Shown here: positions 59,490 through 64,000 of the stretch, piece by piece | How positions within the stretch are numbered: the stretch's first letter is position 1 | Layout of the letters: each line of letters starts with the position of its first letter | Origin: Spirochaetia bacterium | Lineage (GTDB): Bacteria; Spirochaetota; Spirochaetia; DSM-27196; Salinispiraceae | DNA length: 64,000 bases | NCBI GenBank assembly: GCA_038204425.1 | Contig: JBBRCZ010000010.1 | Coordinates: 32,001 to 96,000, forward strand | Reading direction: 5' to 3' | Made by a program: the position numbers and the translations under genes | The notes under the pieces: generated by a model | What the model was told of the DNA's origin: nothing | Database searches by the model: none | Seen by the model: the letters and a program-made list of their open reading frames with translations, nothing else

Positions 59490-60614
59490 CTAGAGGTCAA
59501 TATCACTGCCGCAGTCTCGCAAGCGCGCCCTTAGGTAGACTCGGTCCAGACTTAAATCCTTGGCCAAATCAGAGAATTGGCTCGCCTTGAGCAGTTTGGC
59601 CTCAGTAAATAAGTAAAGAAGAGCTCGCTCGGCAAGGCAGGGTAAATCTAAACTGCGAAGAATTTCTTGGCTATGTCTGTTGCTTGAAGTAAACTTTTGA
59701 ATAAAATTATTGGCTAGTGCCGAATCTCTAACACTTTGTGACAGCAGTGTAAGTTCGCCCTGCAAGGGTTCGCAATTGCCCCGCATAGCTTCTTGACCGA
59801 GTGGCTTTAAGACTAAGAAAGTGTATTCTTTACCTGGTAAATAATGGTGCTCTTCACAGCGTGCGCAGTAGTTGGGCTCACGCGGATTGTTCTTTATTCG
59901 ATCTCCACCAACAATCAGCAGTGGGTCAAAATAAGGAGCCGGACATTCTTGCCCGTCGATGAGATAGTAGCGGTAGGTGTGGGTGGCGTCGTTGAGACAG
60001 TCGGGATGCTCACAATAGGCAGTCAAGGCAAAAAGATCGCTTGCGGTGTCTATCAGAAAACGAGCCGTGGTGTTAAAAATCTCACGTCGGAAGTTGAGTA
60101 TCAAGGTTGGAAAGATAAAAATACGCCCATTGACTTCGCTCTCTCGTTTGACAACCCAAGCCAATCTTTCGTCATAAAAACTGGCTTCGTCGATGATCCA
60201 CGTGCCAATTTGGGGGTGCTTGGCAAGCAGCTCTTCAAGTTCAAAACTATCCCGCATAAAGGAAGTGCTGCCACCCAGGCGCTCGTAACCGCCACGATAC
60301 GCTAAGGCATCGGCGGGATAGTCCAAAAAGCGCCCACTGTCCAAACTCGAGCGAACAAAAAAAACCTTGCGACGGTCGGCCTGGCCAGTGGTACATAGTT
60401 GTCCAATTTGAGGCGACTTTTTTAGTGCAATTAACGAGTCTCGCCAGACCCTGGCTGAGTATTCGGTCTTTCCAGACCCCATTGGGCCGATGACCAAGAT
60501 GCGTCGGCCAGCTTTGCTAAAGTCAAAATGGTTGAGAGGATGATGTTGAACCAAGCGTGGCAAACCCAGACTTTGCAAAAAACTGTCATTTTGGTTGAGA
60601 GATAACTCGTTCAT
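59490..60614 (-). CDS. tdk: Thymidine kinase (long form)
   Basis: GPMGSGKT, IIDEASF, LNFRREIF, Zn Cys pairs CEHPDC and CARC; C-terminal extension. Confidence 0.85.
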   Translation of the reverse strand: MNELSLNQNDSFLQSLGLPRLVQHHPLNHFDFSKAGRRILVIGPMGSGKTEYSARVWRDSLIALKKSPQIGQLCTTGQADRRKVFFVRSSLDSGRFLDYPADALAYRGGYERLGGSTSFMRDSFELEELLAKHPQIGTWIIDEASFYDERLAWVVKRESEVNGRIFIFPTLILNFRREIFNTTARFLIDTASDLFALTAYCEHPDCLNDATHTYRYYLIDGQECPAPYFDPLLIVGGDRIKNNPREPNYCARCEEHHYLPGKEYTFLVLKPLGQEAMRGNCEPLQGELTLLSQSVRDSALANNFIQKFTSSNRHSQEILRSLDLPCLAERALLYLFTEAKLLKASQFSDLAKDLSLDRVYLRARLRDCGSDIDL

Positions 60615-61816
60615 GCACCACCCTTGTTGGCCCCGAGTTCCAATCCCAGTCGATTGTCGCACACAAATACTATGCTTTGCATGACACAGTCAGCAGGCAG
60701 TGGCTCTGTGCTTGCTTGTTCGTCCTTAATGTCATAGTCAGCCCACTCTTCTTTGATGGCAAATCCGGCTTGCTTGGCCAGTTGTCTAAACTCGGCGGGA
60801 TAATACATGCGCAGCGCAAAGTTGCGATCCCAAGTGGACTCGCTTTTTTGACCGCTGAAGTACCAGGTCAGTTCTTTTATTTGGCTGATGGGGTTGTAGC
60901 GGCTTTTTTGGTAGACTTCAATAGTCTCTTCGGCCGATTGAGAGTAGAAATTCTCAATGCACGTCAGTGACTGCCCATCGCCATCGAGGCCTGTCTGCTC
61001 TGGAACAAAGATGCTTGGAACAAATATTCCGCCTGGCAAGAGATGGTCTTTGACACTTGCAAAACAAGACAGAAGCTCCGCCTCGTTGAGCAAATGACTG
61101 AGAGTATTAAGCGGACAAATAATGGCTGCAAATTTTTGGCGATTGTTGTCTTGTCCAAGCAAGTCAAAATTGCTCATATTGGCCTGCACCAAAGTTAGCT
61201 TAAGGCCTTCTTGCTCTGCCTTCTGGCGAGCCAAAGCAAGGATTTCTGGCACCAAGTCTAGGCCCCAGACGTCTAAGCCTTTGGCCGCCAGAGCCCTGCC
61301 GACGCGCGCATTACCGCAGCCAAGTTCCAAAACAGGTCCCTTAAGGCCGCTTAGCAGCTTGGTATAAAACACGACATCATCCAGAAAATCTTGGTTCATT
61401 TCGTCATAAAACGCTGCCAAACTGTAGAGTTGGCCAATCTCTGTTAAATGGACGTCATCATGCGCTTGTCCTTGTCCCTGTCTTGGCACCGGTTGATTCT
61501 TGCTAAGGTGGGTGTAGAGGGGAATTGCGCCGTAGGCGGGTTCTTCGTAGGGATGGGCGGCTACCATGGCAGAAATTACTGAGTCAATCAAATGGTCGGG
61601 ACAGACAAACTCAAGCCTAAGTTCTTCAACTTGGCTGAGCTGCCCCTGGGTGCCGCTAAAGGGGTCTGCCCCCGCCAATGGCATAAATTGCCCCTTGCCA
61701 CTTACCTGCCAAGCGCAATGCTGATAGGCGCCAATTTTTCCTGCTCCTAGAGCAAATACGGCGTCCTTGACTGTTTGAAGATGTTCGGCAGGCAAATAAC
61801 AAAAAACCTGATACAT
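60611..61816 (-). CDS. Fusion of a YqfO/NIF3-like PII-type domain and a class I SAM methyltransferase
   Basis: N-terminal GAGKIGAYQHCAW..G.GQFMP..GADPF.G...AHPYEEPAY; C-terminal VLELGCGNAR, GLDL, HLLPGGIF. Confidence 0.8.
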   Translation of the reverse strand: MYQVFCYLPAEHLQTVKDAVFALGAGKIGAYQHCAWQVSGKGQFMPLAGADPFSGTQGQLSQVEELRLEFVCPDHLIDSVISAMVAAHPYEEPAYGAIPLYTHLSKNQPVPRQGQGQAHDDVHLTEIGQLYSLAAFYDEMNQDFLDDVVFYTKLLSGLKGPVLELGCGNARVGRALAAKGLDVWGLDLVPEILALARQKAEQEGLKLTLVQANMSNFDLLGQDNNRQKFAAIICPLNTLSHLLNEAELLSCFASVKDHLLPGGIFVPSIFVPEQTGLDGDGQSLTCIENFYSQSAEETIEVYQKSRYNPISQIKELTWYFSGQKSESTWDRNFALRMYYPAEFRQLAKQAGFAIKEEWADYDIKDEQASTEPLPADCVMQSIVFVCDNRLGLELGANKGGA

Positions 61817-61829
61817 AGTATTCTTGGTT

Positions 61830-62996
61830 CTACTTTTCGCTCAGTCCGCCGAACGAGTATACGATAGCTTCAGAATTGCCATTCTTAACTTTGCGCACAT
61901 TACTAGCTTTTTTGCCAATCAGAGCTTCAAAGTCGGGCCAAGTTGTTATGGCGTGTAACTGCCAACTAGGTTGTTTTCCCATAAGCCGTCCCATACCTTT
62001 GTAAAGCTCGGTAACGGTACCTCTTTCGCCCATACGTTCGGCGTAAGGTGGATTGGTAATGAGCATGGCATCGCTTGCAAGTTCTGGCGGGTTAACATGT
62101 AAGTCGTGGGTAAAAAACTTAAGCGACTCACTGATCTTCTTAGCCTGCGATTCTTCAAGGTCCAAGGATGTCAACCAACGACTAAGGTTAGAACGACCTA
62201 CTTCTACTATGCGTGAATCAACGTCACTGCCACAAATACGAACCAAGTGATCAAATTTTATACGCGTTCTAAGCTCTGCTTTGATCTCAGCATCAACTCG
62301 TGCGTCATAGGCAGCCATGTTCATTATGCCAAAATTTCTGCTCAGATTGGGCGCTACGTCAAAAGCGTAGCCCAATGCCTCAAGACAAATGGTGCCAGAA
62401 CCACAACAAGGATCCCAGAGCATTGTCTTGCGACGATAACCTGAAAGCAAGACCATGGCAGCTGCAATGGTCTCTTTGAGAGGTGCTGTACCAGCTTGGG
62501 TGCGCCAGCCACGCTGATGAAGCGGTTTACCTGATAAATCAAGACAAACCTTAACCAAGGCTTCATCTTGAAAAATCCTCACTTCGTGAACTTCCCCAGT
62601 CGTGTCGACTTTTTTGAGTTGATGTTTGTCCATCAATCGACCAAAAATTGCTTTTTGCGAAACGGATTGAATGTCCGGGATTGACGATAGGCTGGCCTTG
62701 TGCAGTCGAACTTTGTCAACCCGAATCGCTTGGTTGGGCTTAATCCAATCTTCCCAAGAAATAGCACGAATGCCTTCAAACAGACTGTCAAAATCGTCAG
62801 CCTCAAAACTAGATAGCTTTACAAATATACGTTCTGCGCAGCGCAAATTACGTAGTAGAAGCATGGTTTGCCTCAGATCAGCCTGGGTCTCAAAGTAGCC
62901 AGGGCCTGAGTCACCAATTTTAAAATCCATACTTCTCAGCTCATTGCCGAGGGCTCGCTCCATGCCCAGCGCGCAGGGTATATACAGGTTATACAT
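61830..62996 (-). CDS. THUMP-domain RlmL/YpsC-like RNA methyltransferase
   Basis: DLSGKPLHQRGWR, APLKETIAAAM, DPCCGSGT, ITNPPY. Confidence 0.9.
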   Translation of the reverse strand: MYNLYIPCALGMERALGNELRSMDFKIGDSGPGYFETQADLRQTMLLLRNLRCAERIFVKLSSFEADDFDSLFEGIRAISWEDWIKPNQAIRVDKVRLHKASLSSIPDIQSVSQKAIFGRLMDKHQLKKVDTTGEVHEVRIFQDEALVKVCLDLSGKPLHQRGWRTQAGTAPLKETIAAAMVLLSGYRRKTMLWDPCCGSGTICLEALGYAFDVAPNLSRNFGIMNMAAYDARVDAEIKAELRTRIKFDHLVRICGSDVDSRIVEVGRSNLSRWLTSLDLEESQAKKISESLKFFTHDLHVNPPELASDAMLITNPPYAERMGERGTVTELYKGMGRLMGKQPSWQLHAITTWPDFEALIGKKASNVRKVKNGNSEAIVYSFGGLSEK

Positions 62997-63073
62997 GAGA
63001 CTATGGTATCCTATGTGTCGCTTATGGTACACCCCCTGCCCTTTGCAGAAGCTTTTGGTGTAGACTGCAAGCT

Positions 63074-64000
63074 ATGAGTTCTGATCCACGATGCAGCTTT
63101 TTGGTTTGTGCCGATCTCCATATTGGTCGTTCATTGCATGGTCGTTCATTGTATGACGATCAGGCCCACATATTGCACCAGATTGCACAATTGGCGGCCC
63201 AAAAATCAGTGGTCGCTTTGATTATGGCTGGTGACCTCTTTGACAGGTCGGTGCCCTCATCGGAAGCGCTACACTTGGCCGACCAGTTTTTCTCTAGTTT
63301 GATTGACGAACATGGCTTGAGTGTAATTTTGATTGCCGGCAACCATGATAGTCCCGAGAGACTAGACTTTGCGGCAACGCTTTTGGGCAAACAAGGACTG
63401 CATATCGTGGCTAAATGGCACGCAGAGCCACAATGCTTTGTTTTTGAAATAGCAGGGCAACGAATTGGCATTGCCGCCGTGCCCTATGTTGAGCCAAGCT
63501 TGGTTAGAAACCTGCTGGAAAATGAACAGATCCGTGACCATCAAGAAGCTTGGCAAGCCTATCTACCCTTGGTTTCATCTCATCTTGACAGACTGCACCT
63601 AGACAAGCGTCTGTTACTTTGCCACGCCTATCTGGCCGGAGGCCAAGATAGCGAATCTGAGCGACCTTTAAGTATAGGTGCCAGTGGCATTGTTGATTCC
63701 CAACTTTTTGCGGGCTTTGATGCTGTCTTGGCCGGCCACTTACATCGACCTCAGCACATACGTCCTAACATCTATTATGCTGGCTCGCCATTAGTTTACA
63801 GCCAGTCCGAGTGTGGTCAAGAAAAAAGTGTCTTGCTCGTAGATCTCAAACCAGACGGTCAATTGCGGTTTGAGAAACTGGCGCTCAGTCCATTGCACCT
63901 TGTAGAAAGCATAAGCGACAGTTTTGAAAATCTGCTAGCCCGCAATTCTTCTAGTCCAGACGATAGTTACTTTTACTTAACGCTTACTGACCGACAGCCA
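63074..64000 (+). CDS. sbcD: Exonuclease SbcCD subunit D; runs off the window
   Basis: Not in the ORF track. Manual translation gives ADLHIG, AGDLFDRSVP, IAGNHDSPERL, DSESERPLSIG, LAGHLHRPQ, YAGSPL.YS.SE. Confidence 0.92.
   Translation, partial: MSSDPRCSFLVCADLHIGRSLHGRSLYDDQAHILHQIAQLAAQKSVVALIMAGDLFDRSVPSSEALHLADQFFSSLIDEHGLSVILIAGNHDSPERLDFAATLLGKQGLHIVAKWHAEPQCFVFEIAGQRIGIAAVPYVEPSLVRNLLENEQIRDHQEAWQAYLPLVSSHLDRLHLDKRLLLCHAYLAGGQDSESERPLSIGASGIVDSQLFAGFDAVLAGHLHRPQHIRPNIYYAGSPLVYSQSECGQEKSVLLVDLKPDGQLRFEKLALSPLHLVESISDSFENLLARNSSSPDDSYFYLTLTDRQP

Noticed and set aside
59340..59490. tRNA as an integration site for a mobile element
   Set aside because: No integrase, and no duplicated tRNA 3' end noticed in the window.
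63122..63151. Direct repeat TGGTCGTTCATTG x2 at the start of sbcD
   Set aside because: Encodes HIGRSLHGRSL, which fits the normal SbcD motif spacing.

Overview
Gene-dense chromosomal segment of about 50 CDS, mostly on the minus strand, most likely from a spirochaete. The basis is gene content and order: rpmE-rho-bactofilin...lnt-HU-rpsT, grpE-dnaK-dnaJ beside a 2,212-aa membrane-anchored coiled-coil protein, rny-ymdB-tlyA-GerMN-ptsI-der, long PPi-PFK and long thymidine kinase. It is mainly housekeeping: N-degron proteolysis (clpS-clpA-aat), purF-purN-purD, chaperones, a heterodimeric ABC exporter, RNA methylases and one tRNA-Arg(CCG). A flavodiiron gene and sbcD are cut by the window edges. 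I found no transposase, integrase, prophage, CRISPR array or rRNA, and no clear-cut new multi-gene system. The best leads are: (i) a receiver/DHp-like protein + stand-alone cyclase-tail mini-protein + bactofilin operon; (ii) two divergent galactokinase-fold proteins, one apparently lacking both catalytic residues; (iii) an exported hypothetical protein with an NlpC/P60-like Cys/His pair; (iv) sigma54/sigma28-like promoters and a shared 12-nt motif at two envelope genes; (v) Rho with two low-complexity repeat tracts; (vi) a frameshifted Cys-rich histidine kinase; (vii) a YqfO-methyltransferase fusion; (viii) a CDS starting 3 nt after a tRNA, plus several probable leaderless genes. All family calls are from motif recognition by eye; no searches were run.
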